Of a stretch of 64,000 bases of DNA, positions 1-8,799 are shown piece after piece. This DNA comes from Defluviitaleaceae bacterium (lineage in GTDB: Bacteria > Bacillota > Clostridia > Lachnospirales > WRAX01). Both the position numbers and the translations under genes were made by a program. A model generated the notes under the pieces. It saw only the letters and a list, made by a program, of their open reading frames with translations, ran no database searches and was not told where the DNA came from. The DNA lies in the NCBI GenBank assembly GCA_009780415.1, contig WRAC01000004.1, positions 10,512 to 74,511 on the forward strand. Direction: 5' to 3'. Position 1 is the stretch's first letter. The number at the start of each line of letters is the position of its first letter.

Positions 1-1364
1 AGCTCTTCGACGAAATCATGTTCGACGATTTTTACTTCACCAACTGCCGGTGCGAGCTGTGCATACAGGCAAAGGGGGAGCGCGATTGGGCGTCCTTCAG
101 AATGGATTTAATGAACGACGTTTCGGAGAACATCGTTATCAAGCGCGCGAAGGAGGTTAACCCCGGCGTTCATTTAATAATCAAGTACCCTAACTGGTAC
201 GAGAGCTTCCCGGCCTGCGGCTATAACCCCGAGGACGAGACGCGTATGTTCGGCAGCATCTACACCGGGACCGAGACCCGCGACCCCCACTACACCCACC
301 AAAATTTGCAAAGGTACCTGAGCTATTTCCTGCCGCGCCTGATGGAGCGCGTAAAGCCGGGATTAAACGGCGGCGGGTGGTATGATTTGTTCGAATGCGA
401 TTTGGACGATTATGTGCAGCAGGCATACCTAACGATTTTCGCCAAATGCCGCGAGAACATGCTTTTCTGCCTGCCCCTGCTGGCGAGGTTCCCCGCCGTT
501 TACGCGGCCGCCGCGGGCGCGGCGTTTGACGAAACAGATATGCTTATGGGCAAAATGGGCGAACCCATAGGCGTGGCGTGCTATAAGCCATACCATTCAT
601 ACGGTGAGCGGCATTTGTACGATTTCCTGGGAATGCTGGGCATCCCCCTTGACCCTTATCCCGAGTATCCCCTAAACGCGCCGGTTATCATCCTAACCGC
701 GTCAGCCGCTTGGGACGGCGATATCATCAGTAAAATCAAGCAAAGCCTGCTGGACGGCAGCCGCGTTTTCGTCACTGGCGGCCTGTACGATAAGCTTAAA
801 CACAAGGGAATGCAGGATATTCTGCCCCTTGAGGTTACGGGAAAGAGCGTCACCGCCGATATGTTCTCAAATAACGGCTACGGGAGAAACTATGAAAGCA
901 GCGCAAAAGCCGCCGGTTCCGTAACGATGCCGCGCATTACATACAGCACCAACGATATCTGGGTGCTTTCGGCGGGACTGACGCCATACGCCAGCCATCC
1001 CCTCCTGCTGTGCGGTTCTTACGGGAAGGGTTTTATGTATGTGCTGAACATCCCCGATATGCCCGCCGATTTATACAAGCTCCCCGCCGAAACGCTAACG
1101 CTGCTGCGCGGTGAAATGAAGCTGCCCGTTACCCTCGAAAGCGGCGCGCACGTAGGCCTGTTCCTCTACGACAACAGCGCGTTCATCTTACAGTCATTTT
1201 TAGACAAGCCGGAAAAGGCGCGCTTACGCATAAGCCTGCCGGGCGTTGAACTGGAATCCTTGACGGGCGTTAAAGCATCAAAAGCGAGAAGCGGCGAAGG
1301 TGAAAGCGTATTTGAAATTACCCTGATGCCGGGTTGGTATGGGGCGTTCAGGGTAAAAAGCTAA
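1..1364 (+). CDS. hypothetical protein, 5'-truncated by window edge (possibly glycoside-hydrolase-like)
   Basis: ORF 18..1364. The frame stays open upstream of the first Met to base 3 (..LFDEI-MFDDFYF..), so the N-terminus is probably outside the window. I cannot name a family with certainty. Confidence 0.5.
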   Translation, partial: LFDEIMFDDFYFTNCRCELCIQAKGERDWASFRMDLMNDVSENIVIKRAKEVNPGVHLIIKYPNWYESFPACGYNPEDETRMFGSIYTGTETRDPHYTHQNLQRYLSYFLPRLMERVKPGLNGGGWYDLFECDLDDYVQQAYLTIFAKCRENMLFCLPLLARFPAVYAAAAGAAFDETDMLMGKMGEPIGVACYKPYHSYGERHLYDFLGMLGIPLDPYPEYPLNAPVIILTASAAWDGDIISKIKQSLLDGSRVFVTGGLYDKLKHKGMQDILPLEVTGKSVTADMFSNNGYGRNYESSAKAAGSVTMPRITYSTNDIWVLSAGLTPYASHPLLLCGSYGKGFMYVLNIPDMPADLYKLPAETLTLLRGEMKLPVTLESGAHVGLFLYDNSAFILQSFLDKPEKARLRISLPGVELESLTGVKASKARSGEGESVFEITLMPGWYGAFRVKS

Positions 1365-1402
1365 TCCGTGCCAGTGGTTCCGCTAGCCAGATCATAAGCA
1401 AA

Positions 1403-1435
1403 AACCGGCAGCGCAATATGTTTGCACTGCCGGTT
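1403..1435. terminator. bidirectional terminator-like hairpin between convergent genes
   Basis: AACCGGCAGCGCA / TGCACTGCCGGTT forms a 13-bp stem with one mismatch and a 7-nt loop. It is flanked by an A-run on one side and ATTTA on the other. Confidence 0.45.
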
Positions 1436-1631
1436 ATTTATCAAATCCTAATAAATCGTTTGGCGTAACATCCAGTATTTTACAAATTCTGACAAATGTT
1501 TCAATTTCCATTTGCCGCTGACGTGTTTCATATAATCCATACGCGGACTCACTCAAACCTAATTTCTTACTCATTTCAACTTGCGTTATGTTTTTCTTTT
1601 TCCTTAGTTCCTTAATTTTTTCAATATACAT
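1434..1631 (-). CDS. XRE-family helix-turn-helix transcriptional regulator
   Basis: 65 aa with an HTH_3-type pattern: KKKNITQVEMSKKLGLSESAYGLYETRQRQ. Confidence 0.8.
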   Translation of the reverse strand: MYIEKIKELRKKKNITQVEMSKKLGLSESAYGLYETRQRQMEIETFVRICKILDVTPNDLLGFDK

Positions 1632-1657
1632 AGAGGCATATGGATTTTATGGTACGG

Positions 1658-2353
1658 CTAAACCGTATCATCCAGCGGCAGCCCCAACTCAACATACAGC
1701 TTCCTGCGGGAAACGCGGTCAGAGTTCATCTCCCGCGACGCCCATTTCGCGACGTCCGCGATTAGCTCAGACGGCACAACAACAACGCCGTCGCCGTCAG
1801 CCACTACCAAGTCCCCCGGCGACACGCACACGCCGTCGCAATTAATCCGGGTGTTGTGGCTTTCGTATTGGATCCGGGCCTGATCCATGGGCTGCGCGAC
1901 CTTTGTTGACCAGAACGGTATCTTTTGCAAAATAATCTCATCGGTATCGCGCACCCCGCCAAAGGCCACGTATCCCGCGGCTCCGGAACGGATGCCTTCA
2001 AGGGTATTGTTGGAACCCATCAGCCCGACGGCAAGGTTCGACATGTCTATAACGGGAAAATCGTATTTTTCCAGCTCATTCATCCATGGATAAATGCATA
2101 TATTACCGTAATACCAGTTTGACCATTCCGTATACCGCTCTCCGGTTACGTCCGGGCGCGGTTTGTCATAGGGTATGTAACGCGCCGTTTTCGCAAAGCC
2201 TATGGCGCGCGCCCGCCACAACGGGCGCATATCGCAGCTCATGCTGCCGTAATGATGGTATCCCATCCAATCCAAACCGTCGCGCGTATCGGTGACGCGC
2301 AGCTTTTCATAAAGGTTTAAGATTTCCTCCCGCTGTGATTGCGTCCGTTCCAT
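1658..2353 (-). CDS. RraA-family protein (RraA / aldolase-like fold)
   Basis: 231 aa. Motifs GAAGYVAFGGVRDTDE and GDLVVADGDGVVVVP are typical of the RraA/dimethylmenaquinone-methyltransferase-like family. Confidence 0.65.
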   Translation of the reverse strand: MERTQSQREEILNLYEKLRVTDTRDGLDWMGYHHYGSMSCDMRPLWRARAIGFAKTARYIPYDKPRPDVTGERYTEWSNWYYGNICIYPWMNELEKYDFPVIDMSNLAVGLMGSNNTLEGIRSGAAGYVAFGGVRDTDEIILQKIPFWSTKVAQPMDQARIQYESHNTRINCDGVCVSPGDLVVADGDGVVVVPSELIADVAKWASREMNSDRVSRRKLYVELGLPLDDTV

Positions 2354-2453
2354 AAAAGCCCCTCCATAGTTTTAATTATAACAGTATAGCATATTTCTTG
2401 TTTTAAATAAAGACGCGTGTTAAAATATAGCAAATAAGTCAAGGAGGAACAGG

Positions 2454-3659
2454 ATGATTTCCATAAACAATGCGTACAGCCACAGGATTGGGAAAAAATC
2501 CCTGCGTGTAATGCGCGGGGACGGGAGCCCGGTTTTAAACGGGGATGTAGTCGTCCGCCATGAAAAGCACAAGGTGCTGTTCGGATGCTCCGCGTTCGAG
2601 TCCGTACGGCTGATAAACAATGAGCTTGAGGGTCCGGAAAAAGAGCATGCCTCCGTACATGTACAGAAGATAAAAGAACTGTTCAACTTTGTAACGATGC
2701 CTTTTTATTGGGGGCGGTTTGAGCCGCGGCGGGGCAAGCCGGACACGGAGCGGATAATGAAAACGGCCCGGTATTGGAATGAACAGGGCATGGCGGTTAA
2801 GGGTCACCCGCTTTGCTGGCACACGGTCTGCGCGCCGTGGCTGTTGGATATGACGGACGAGGAGATCCTGCAAACGCAAATAGCGCGTATAGAACGCGAT
2901 GTGGCCGATTTTGCCGGGGTTATCGGCATGTGGGACGTTATAAACGAGGTTGTCATCATGCCTGTTTTCAACAAGTATGATAACGGTATCACGCGCATAT
3001 GCAAGAGCGAGGGGCGTATCGGGCTTGTGAAAAAAGTTTTTGAGGCGTCGAAAAGAACGAACCCGGAAGCGGTGCTGCTGATAAATGACTTCGATATGAG
3101 CGTTTCCTATGATATCTTACTGGAAGGGCTGCTCGAGGTTGGAATCCCTATAGACGCCATTGGTTTGCAGTCCCATATGCATCAGGGATATTGGGGGACG
3201 GAAAAAACGGAGGAGATACTGGAGCGCTTTTCCCGTTTCGGGCTGCCGCTGCATTTTACCGAGATTAATATGGTTTCGGGGGAAATAATGCCCAGGCATA
3301 TCGAGGATTTGAATGATTTTATTGTTGACGAGTGGCCGTCCACTGCCGAGGGTGAAGAACGTCAGGCCGCTGAGGCTTCGGCGTTTTATAAGCTGCTTTT
3401 TAAATGCCCGCTGGTCGAGGCGGTCACCTATTGGAATTTTACCGACGGCGCGTGGCTTAACGCCCCCGCCGGGCTTATGACGAAAGACGCACGCGTCAAA
3501 CCCGCATACGAAGCCCTGCACAGCCTCATCAAGGGCGAATGGATGACTCCGGAGCAGAGGTTAACCGTCGGAACGGACGGCTATATTGAGGTAACCGGCT
3601 TTAAGGGTGAATACACCGCCGAGTTTGACGGGGGTGAAATGCGGTTTGTAATAGACTAG
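2454..3659 (+). CDS. glycoside hydrolase family 10-like protein (intracellular xylanase-like)
   Basis: 401 aa with no signal peptide. GH10-type acid/base motif WDVINE and nucleophile motif FTEINM, plus GHPLCWH and GLQSHMH. Confidence 0.7.
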   Translation: MISINNAYSHRIGKKSLRVMRGDGSPVLNGDVVVRHEKHKVLFGCSAFESVRLINNELEGPEKEHASVHVQKIKELFNFVTMPFYWGRFEPRRGKPDTERIMKTARYWNEQGMAVKGHPLCWHTVCAPWLLDMTDEEILQTQIARIERDVADFAGVIGMWDVINEVVIMPVFNKYDNGITRICKSEGRIGLVKKVFEASKRTNPEAVLLINDFDMSVSYDILLEGLLEVGIPIDAIGLQSHMHQGYWGTEKTEEILERFSRFGLPLHFTEINMVSGEIMPRHIEDLNDFIVDEWPSTAEGEERQAAEASAFYKLLFKCPLVEAVTYWNFTDGAWLNAPAGLMTKDARVKPAYEALHSLIKGEWMTPEQRLTVGTDGYIEVTGFKGEYTAEFDGGEMRFVID

Positions 3660-3756
3660 GTCATTGGACTAGCCGGCATCAAGCATATAATTCCTTCTGG
3701 ACATTTTTTACATTTAGGGGTAGAATGAAAGGTGCATAAAAAAGAGGAGGTCCATA

Positions 3757-4632
3757 ATGATTAAATTATTTACTGATTCCGCCGCTGATATGCCGCGCGA
3801 ATATTTTGACAGGTACGGCGTGAGCGTCATCCCCTTTGGCATTTCGTACGGCGACGAGGTATACCACACAGACTTTTATGATTTAAGGCCCGACGAATTT
3901 TACAGAAGATGCATAGAGATAGACGCGTGGCCAAAGACCTCTCAGCCCGCCGCCGCCCAGTATGAGGACAAATTCCGCCCCGCTCTTGAGGAAGGCCACG
4001 ATGTTTTTTGCCTGTGCATAACAAGCAAGTTCAGCGGCTCGTACCAAAGCGGCGTGATGGCTATGAACAAACTGAAGGAAGAGTTCCCGGAGCGTAAGAT
4101 ACTGGTTATGGATTCCCGCCGCTGCACGGCGCAGCAGGGTTACCTTGTTTATCAGGCCTGCCTTATGATTGAGGACGGCATTGATTTCGACGGGCTTGTA
4201 TCGCAAATGGAAGCGGTGCGGGACGGATGTTTCACCTTCTTCTCCGTCGGCAGCCTTGAATACCTGAGGAAGGGCGGGCGTTTAGGCAAGGCAAGCGCGC
4301 TCTTGGGCAGCCTTCTCAACATTAAACCCATAATTTCATTTACGGACGCCGAATTGAAACCCCATTCAAAGGTGCGCGGCACAAAAAACTCTATCGCGGA
4401 GATCGTCAAAGCCCTGAACAAAAGCGCGGGCGAGATTAAAGATAAGTATACGGCAATGGTTTTCGTCAGCAACATGCACGAGGAAGGCGCGGTGTTGTTT
4501 AAGGAATTGAAAGCAAGCGGCTTTGACCCGGTCCACAACTGGAACATAGGACCCGTTGTAGGCGCTCATTTAGGCCCGACGGGTTACGCGGCCGGTTTAT
4601 TATTAAAATACGAAGGACAGAAGGTTTTCTAA
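3757..4632 (+). CDS. DegV family fatty-acid-binding protein
   Basis: 291 aa. The N-terminus IKLFTDSAADMP and overall pattern are typical of DegV. AGGAGG RBS upstream. Confidence 0.8.
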   Translation: MIKLFTDSAADMPREYFDRYGVSVIPFGISYGDEVYHTDFYDLRPDEFYRRCIEIDAWPKTSQPAAAQYEDKFRPALEEGHDVFCLCITSKFSGSYQSGVMAMNKLKEEFPERKILVMDSRRCTAQQGYLVYQACLMIEDGIDFDGLVSQMEAVRDGCFTFFSVGSLEYLRKGGRLGKASALLGSLLNIKPIISFTDAELKPHSKVRGTKNSIAEIVKALNKSAGEIKDKYTAMVFVSNMHEEGAVLFKELKASGFDPVHNWNIGPVVGAHLGPTGYAAGLLLKYEGQKVF

Positions 4633-4655
4633 ATTTTTATTTAGGAGGGAAATAC

Positions 4656-5705
4656 TTGGACACAAAGAAATTCCTGATGTCAATCTGCGACGCCTCCGGT
4701 GTCGCGGGGTACGAGGAAGAGGCAGCCGGGCTGATAAAATCGGCCTTTGCCGAAGCGGGCTGCGAAACCTCTATCGACAAATTGGGTAATGTTATTGCGC
4801 TTAAAAAGGGCAGGGGTAAATTTAAGGTAGCTTTTTTCGCCCATATGGACGAGATCGGCCTTGTGGTTATAAACCTTGATAAAAACGGGTTTATCCGGTT
4901 TTCGCAGATCGGGGGCTATGACCAGCGGACGCTTCTCGGGCAGGAGGTTATCATACACGGGCGCGAGAAGGTTTACGGCGTTATCGGCATAAAGCCGCCG
5001 CATTTAACCCCATCCGGGGACGCGATGAAATCCGTAAAAATGAGCGATATGCTTATAGATACCGGATACGGCGAGGAAAAGCTGAAAGAGCTTGTTAACG
5101 TCGGGGATATTATTACTATAAAGAGAAAGACAATTGAATTGAAGGGCGACGTCGTTTCCGGCAAGGCCATTGACGACCGCGGATGCGTCGCCGTTATGTT
5201 TGAATGCCTGAAAAACCTCAAGGACTTCAACCATGACGCGGATATCTACTTTGTGTCCACAACGCGGGAGGAAGTCGGCTCTCAGGGCGCGATTGTGGCG
5301 GCATACGGGATCGAGCCGGACATCGGCGTCGCGCTGGACGTTGATTTTGCCAAGACGCCGGAGCTTAAACCCACGCGGACATGCGAAATGGGAAAAGGCA
5401 CGGTTATCCAAATGGGGCCGAATATTCATCCAAAGGTGTTTGAGTTGTTTAAAAATGCCGCGAAAGATAACGGCATCCCATATCAGGTGGATGTTATGAC
5501 CACAGGCCAATCCGGCACGGACGCGCGTGTTGTGCAGATATCGAGGGAGGGCGTGGCCTCCGGGCTTTTAGGGCTTCCGCTTAAATACATGCATACGTCC
5601 GTGGAATGCGTGGCGATGAAGGATGTAACCAATATGGGCAAGCTTATGTCCGCCATGATCATGGGGCTTAACGGCAAAGATTTGGAGGAACAGTTATGTC
5701 TGTAG
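4656..5705 (+). CDS. M42 family metallopeptidase (glutamyl aminopeptidase / FrvX-like), paralog 1
   Basis: 349 aa with a TTG start after a GGAGGG RBS. Motifs AHMDEIGLVV, IDDRGCVAVM, TREEVGSQGA. Confidence 0.85.
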   Translation: MDTKKFLMSICDASGVAGYEEEAAGLIKSAFAEAGCETSIDKLGNVIALKKGRGKFKVAFFAHMDEIGLVVINLDKNGFIRFSQIGGYDQRTLLGQEVIIHGREKVYGVIGIKPPHLTPSGDAMKSVKMSDMLIDTGYGEEKLKELVNVGDIITIKRKTIELKGDVVSGKAIDDRGCVAVMFECLKNLKDFNHDADIYFVSTTREEVGSQGAIVAAYGIEPDIGVALDVDFAKTPELKPTRTCEMGKGTVIQMGPNIHPKVFELFKNAAKDNGIPYQVDVMTTGQSGTDARVVQISREGVASGLLGLPLKYMHTSVECVAMKDVTNMGKLMSAMIMGLNGKDLEEQLCL

Positions 5706-6739
5706 ACAGAACCGCGCTTATTAAAAAATTGACGGACGCGAACGGCCTCCCCGGCGACGAGGGCGAAATCCGCAATATAATTCGTACTGAACTTGAAGGC
5801 CATACGGACAGCATAATAACTGACCGCCTGGGCAACCTTATCGTAACCAAAAACAGCGGCAGGCCCGGTTTGCATATAGGGCTGTCAGCGCATATGGACG
5901 AGGTTGGCATGGCGGTTTTGCGTATAAACGAGGCCGGGCTGCTTACCATTGGCACATTCGGCGTTGACCCGCGCCTGCTGCCGTCTAAAATCGTTAGCAT
6001 CGGCAAAGACAAGGTGAAGGGCGTAATCGGCACGAAGCCCGTACACATGACAAAGCCGGATGAACGCGAGCGCGCCATTGATCTGGACGCACTGTACATT
6101 GACATCGGCGCTTCAACCAAGGAGGAAGCGGAAAAATCCGTTTCATTAGGCGATTTCGTTTATTTTGACAGTGAGTTTGTTGAATTCGGCGAGCGGAAAA
6201 TCAAAGCAAAGGCCTTGGATGACCGCCTCGGCTGCGCCGTGATGATTGAAATATTAAAATCCGACGTAAAAACGCCGATTACCGCCATTTTCTGCTCCCA
6301 GGAGGAAGTTGGGCTGCGCGGTTCAGCCGTTGCCGCCAACCGCGCGCATGTGGATGTGTATATAAACCTTGAAGGCACCGTTTCGGCGGACATGCCCTCA
6401 ACAGACGCGCATGAGAGGGTTACGGTTCTGGGCAAAGGCCCCGCGCTGTCGCTGATTGACCGCACTTCCGTTTATTTGAAAGAATATATAAATAAAATAG
6501 TGGCTGCGGCGGAAGAGAACGGAATACCGTACCAGTACCGCGCAACCGGAGCGGGCGGCACGGACGCCGCCAACTACCATGTAGCGCATGGCGGGACGCC
6601 CGTCATTGGATTGGCGACGCCTTGCCGCTACCTGCATTCTCCGGTAAGTGTCTGCGATTTACGCGATTATGAGAACACGGTTAAGCTGGTAAGAGCTTTT
6701 ATACAAAAATATGGAAATTCCGCTCGCGCGGAATCTTGA
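5696..6739 (+). CDS. M42 family metallopeptidase, paralog 2
   Basis: 347 aa. Overlaps paralog 1 by 10 nt. Motifs AHMDEVGMAV, LDDRLGCAVM, SQEEVGLRGS. Confidence 0.85.
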   Translation: MSVDRTALIKKLTDANGLPGDEGEIRNIIRTELEGHTDSIITDRLGNLIVTKNSGRPGLHIGLSAHMDEVGMAVLRINEAGLLTIGTFGVDPRLLPSKIVSIGKDKVKGVIGTKPVHMTKPDERERAIDLDALYIDIGASTKEEAEKSVSLGDFVYFDSEFVEFGERKIKAKALDDRLGCAVMIEILKSDVKTPITAIFCSQEEVGLRGSAVAANRAHVDVYINLEGTVSADMPSTDAHERVTVLGKGPALSLIDRTSVYLKEYINKIVAAAEENGIPYQYRATGAGGTDAANYHVAHGGTPVIGLATPCRYLHSPVSVCDLRDYENTVKLVRAFIQKYGNSARAES

Positions 6740-6793
6740 TTTATATTCTTTTTGGATTGCCAGCAAGAATCAAAAAACAGGGAGGATAAATAA

Positions 6794-7789
6794 ATGCCTA
6801 TAAACACGGCTGTATTAAAAAAAGTCTGCGAAGCCTTCGGGCCTTCGGGCCACGAGTGCCAAGTCCGTGAGGTTATCCTTGAGGACCTCAAGGGCTGTTA
6901 CGATGATTACCAGGTGGATGTCCTGGGTAACCTGATCGTTCATAAAAAAGGCGACGGGCCGAAAATTATGCTTGCCGGGCATATGGACGAAATCGGGTTC
7001 ATCGTGACGTATATTGAGGACGAAGGGTTTATCAGGTTTTCAAACATCGGCGGGTTCGACCCCTTCATGCTTGTTTCACGCCGCGTCATTTTCGCCAACG
7101 GCGTACAGGGCGTTATCCGTTCCGAGCGTCTGGAGAATTTCCGAACCGAGCTGAGCCAGAGCAAACTGTACATCGACATCGGCGCGCCAAACAAAGAGCA
7201 CGTGGAAAAGCTGGTAAAAGTCGGTGATGTCGCCGTTTATTCAGCTTCTTTCTACGCTGACGAATACAAAGTTATGACCCCGGCGCTGGACGACCGGGTT
7301 GGCTGTTTCATTATGATGGAAACCCTGAAACAGCTTAAAAACCCCAAATTTGACTGTTACTTCGTGTTTACCACCCAAGAGGAGGTCGGGCTGCGCGGCG
7401 CGAAAACCTCCGTCTATACAGTTGACCCCGATTACGGCCTGGCCTTCGACGTGACCGGCGCGTTCGACACGCCCAAAGCCCTCAAGTACTCCATGAAAAT
7501 GGGTGGCGGCGCGTGCATAAAAATCAAGGACGCAAGCGTTATCTGCCACAAGGCCATGATAGATTTCCTCACAAAAGTAGCCGTGGACAACAACATTAAA
7601 TACCAATACGAAATCCTCGATATGGGGGGCACCGACACAGGAGCCATCCATGTCCACAAATCCGGCGTTATCTCCGGCTGTATCTCAGTTTCGTCCCGCT
7701 ATATCCACGGCGACGCCGAAATGTGCGCCCAAAGCGATATAGAGGATTGCATAAACCTTACGGTCAAGGCGTTGGAGACGGGGATATAA
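6794..7789 (+). CDS. M42 family metallopeptidase, paralog 3
   Basis: 331 aa. Motifs GHMDEIGFIV, LDDRVGCFIM, TQEEVGLRGA. Confidence 0.85.
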   Translation: MPINTAVLKKVCEAFGPSGHECQVREVILEDLKGCYDDYQVDVLGNLIVHKKGDGPKIMLAGHMDEIGFIVTYIEDEGFIRFSNIGGFDPFMLVSRRVIFANGVQGVIRSERLENFRTELSQSKLYIDIGAPNKEHVEKLVKVGDVAVYSASFYADEYKVMTPALDDRVGCFIMMETLKQLKNPKFDCYFVFTTQEEVGLRGAKTSVYTVDPDYGLAFDVTGAFDTPKALKYSMKMGGGACIKIKDASVICHKAMIDFLTKVAVDNNIKYQYEILDMGGTDTGAIHVHKSGVISGCISVSSRYIHGDAEMCAQSDIEDCINLTVKALETGI

Positions 7790-7816
7790 ATATAAAATCA
7801 AAGCAGGCGCCGCGGC

Positions 7817-7852
7817 AAAAACCCCGCAAATCATCAATTTGCGGGGTTTTTG
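7817..7852. terminator. bidirectional rho-independent terminator
   Basis: CCCCGCAAAT (7822-7831) pairs with ATTTGCGGGG (7837-7846) around a 5-nt loop. An A-run precedes it and a T-run follows. It sits between convergent genes. Confidence 0.8.
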
Positions 7853-7857
7853 GTATT

Positions 7858-8736
7858 CTATATATCCAGTAAACCAATCAGAGTTCCCATACCCCCGATT
7901 TTCCGTGCAAGCATTGCCGACAAATCCTTTGCGTGTTCGCCGGAGCTTTTCTCAAGAAGTGAGGAGATTTCACTAAGCGCCAGCCCTTCCTCGCGGATTG
8001 CCCATTTCAAGCCCTCGCGAAGATTTACCGATGTGTTTATCTGCGTATCGCGGATTTCAAATTCCTTGCCCCTGTGGTTTTTATAAAATGAATTAAATAC
8101 GCGGCTGTTTTTACGGCAAGAATCCGCAACCCCGGTCAGAATGTTTCTTGTGGCTCCATTGCTAACGGCGGCCAGATGCTCGTAAAACAACGCCGCGTTC
8201 CGTTCGTTTTGCACACATTCGCCAAGCAGCTTAATGTCCGCTTCGTCTGCCCCGGGCATTTGGCCGGACATGGCGGCACTTGGCGGAGCAGGCAAAGGCT
8301 TGGATTGGTTTGCCGGATTATTTTGAGCCGGGGCGCTTTGAGCCGGAGCATTTTGAGCCGGTATACTTTGAGCGGGTACATTTTGAGCGGGTGCGTTTTG
8401 AGCCGCACCGCCTTGGGGCATGTTTCCAAACAATGATTCCACCGGCTCAAATGTAATGCCCATTTCCTCCGGTGTAGCCATTCTCTGGCCATGCTGGCCG
8501 GGCTGGCCATGTTGGCCGGGCTGGCCTTGTTGGCCTTGCTGCATGAACTGACCCGGCATCATTTGCTGCTGGCCTTGATTCCTCATATTCATCATGTTTT
8601 GATTCTGGTTTTGGTTCCTATATGGCGAAGGCTGCCTCTGTTGCGCGTTATATCTGTTATGCATGTTATATCCGTTCTGTCTATTATAGCTTGTGTTATT
8701 ACTTCCGCGGCTATTCGCGCGATATCCCGCCGCCAT
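7858..8736 (-). CDS. Q/N/P-rich repeat protein with helical ferritin-like C-terminal domain (possible spore/coat-associated protein)
   Basis: 292 aa. The N-terminal ~160 aa is low complexity (QNQNQNMMNMRNQGQQQ, GQPGQHGQPGQHGQ, 6x AQN[AV]P-type pentapeptides). The C-terminal ~130 aa is ordered (..ECVQNERNAALFYEHLAAV..). The function call is tentative. Confidence 0.55.
   Translation of the reverse strand: MAAGYRANSRGSNNTSYNRQNGYNMHNRYNAQQRQPSPYRNQNQNQNMMNMRNQGQQQMMPGQFMQQGQQGQPGQHGQPGQHGQRMATPEEMGITFEPVESLFGNMPQGGAAQNAPAQNVPAQSIPAQNAPAQSAPAQNNPANQSKPLPAPPSAAMSGQMPGADEADIKLLGECVQNERNAALFYEHLAAVSNGATRNILTGVADSCRKNSRVFNSFYKNHRGKEFEIRDTQINTSVNLREGLKWAIREEGLALSEISSLLEKSSGEHAKDLSAMLARKIGGMGTLIGLLDI
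8321..8410. repeat. coding tandem repeat, 6 units of 15 nt
   Basis: The core TTGAGC[CG]G recurs at 8323, 8338, 8353, 8368, 8383 and 8398, an exact 15-nt period. It encodes the PAQN(A/V/I) pentapeptide repeats on the minus strand. Confidence 0.85.
8485..8538. repeat. coding tandem repeat, 3 units of 18 nt
   Basis: CTGGCCATGNTGGCCGGG repeated three times (third unit degenerate). It encodes the GQPGQH repeats on the minus strand. Confidence 0.8.
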
Positions 8737-8799
8737 TGCACGACCTCCACGTCTTGCTGCTGTTTATTTATATGTATTCGTTGCGGATAGATTATGCTA

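Noticed and set aside
8321-8538. Regularly spaced 15-nt and 18-nt repeats that could at first glance suggest a CRISPR-like or minisatellite array.
   Set aside because: The units are contiguous with no spacers, are in frame, and encode pentapeptide/hexapeptide repeats of the Q/N-rich protein. No cas genes are present and there is no repeat-spacer architecture.
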